32,000 nucleotides of DNA from Wolbachia endosymbiont of Onchocerca ochengi (GTDB lineage Bacteria > Pseudomonadota > Alphaproteobacteria > Rickettsiales > Anaplasmataceae), in NCBI RefSeq assembly GCF_000306885.1, contig NC_018267.1:450001-482000 (forward strand), read 5' to 3'. Position 1 is the stretch's first letter. Every line of letters starts with the position of its first letter. Positions 31,161-32,000 of this stretch are shown here, in pieces. Position numbers and translations under genes: made by a program. The notes under the pieces were generated by a model. The model saw only the letters and a list, made by a program, of their open reading frames with translations. It searched no databases and was not told the origin of the DNA.

Positions 31161-32000
31161 GAAATTAGATTTTAACATAAAAATCATAGAATTAAAATAA
31201 TTTCCATTATTGGTCAATGATCTGCATATCAAACATTAAACTACAACTAGAGATAATACTCTGATATACATTGTGCATTGCTATTCTAAGATAATCCACT
31301 ATCTCTTAAACTTTGAACTTCTTAATCTCTATTTAAGGTGATAGTATAGGCTACTTGATCTGCTACCGTTTTTTACTAATATGCTATATCTAATTCTGTT
31401 TTAGAAAAGGTTACACTATTATTTCTGCTTCACTAGGTGCATTAGGGTATGGTAAGTTAATTAAGTTACGGAGAAGAGGTAGTTTGAGGGAATAAAGCCG
31501 TGGTAAACAAATGCAGGAGTTGTTAACTTTTTATTTTAGTACTTGGGCGTAGTAAATATTTGTTTGTGTGGTCTTTTCTAGGTTTGCTGTTGGTGAATTA
31601 GTTAACTTTATAGTAACCACTTAATTATCTATTAAGTAGGAGTTGTTTTATCAGCGTCTGCAGTAGCTGTGGTAGATTTGAAGTAGCATTTGCTTACTAG
31701 TTTTTACTATCATGCGTACTATGCTTGTTAATAATTTTATTAATTTTTGTTGTATCAGTGGTTAGTACCTTTTTAAAGAGTTTAATTTTGATCTATTTTT
31801 AACAAAACTTATTAAATGTAATTTTCCTTAAATAATGAAACTATGCGATCCAAGAGTTTTAGTCTATCACTTGGAGAATTGAGAAAAATATAATACATTT
31901 GTGAAATCAGCCATATTATATTGGGTCTTCTATAAAGAAATGAATAGCTTGATTATATTTTTCCATTAATTTATATTAATTTCTTATTAAAATTCTTTGC

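Noticed and set aside
31200-32000. Terminal AT-rich region as a possible gene or regulatory locus
   Set aside because: No ORF on the track and no convincing coding-like frame or structured RNA was identified. It could be further decayed sequence, but the window ends here.

Overview
This 32 kb window is AT-rich and looks like Wolbachia (Anaplasmataceae) chromosome. That assignment rests on recognising the FtsZ, CtrA and SdhB proteins and the gene order, not on any database search. Supported genes, left to right: 3' end of pyrC (+), gltX (-), miaB (+), ileS (+), an unassigned 911-aa membrane protein (+), alaS (-), prfA (-), engB/ysxC (+), an argB-like gene (+), dut (+), a 210-aa small membrane protein (+), ftsZ (+), ybeY (+), sdhB (+), a PAS-domain protein (-), a GNAT acetyltransferase-like protein (-), pgpA (-), gpsA (-), ctrA (+), and the RNase P RNA gene rnpB (-, absent from the ORF track). 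Coding density is only about 69%. The gaps at ~13.25-16.65 kb and ~20.7-23.3 kb contain coding-like but broken reading frames, which fits reductive decay. I found no CRISPR array, intact mobile element, toxin-antitoxin module or other obvious new multigene system. The best leads are: (1) an 81-nt, 27-codon, frame-preserving palindromic insertion inside ileS; (2) an ArgB-like protein whose usual active-site motifs are altered; (3) the 911-aa orphan membrane protein; (4) a kinase-less PAS protein in a cluster next to ctrA; (5) a perfect TTAA-N7-TTAA CtrA-type site upstream of ctrA; (6) the decayed membrane-protein remnants.
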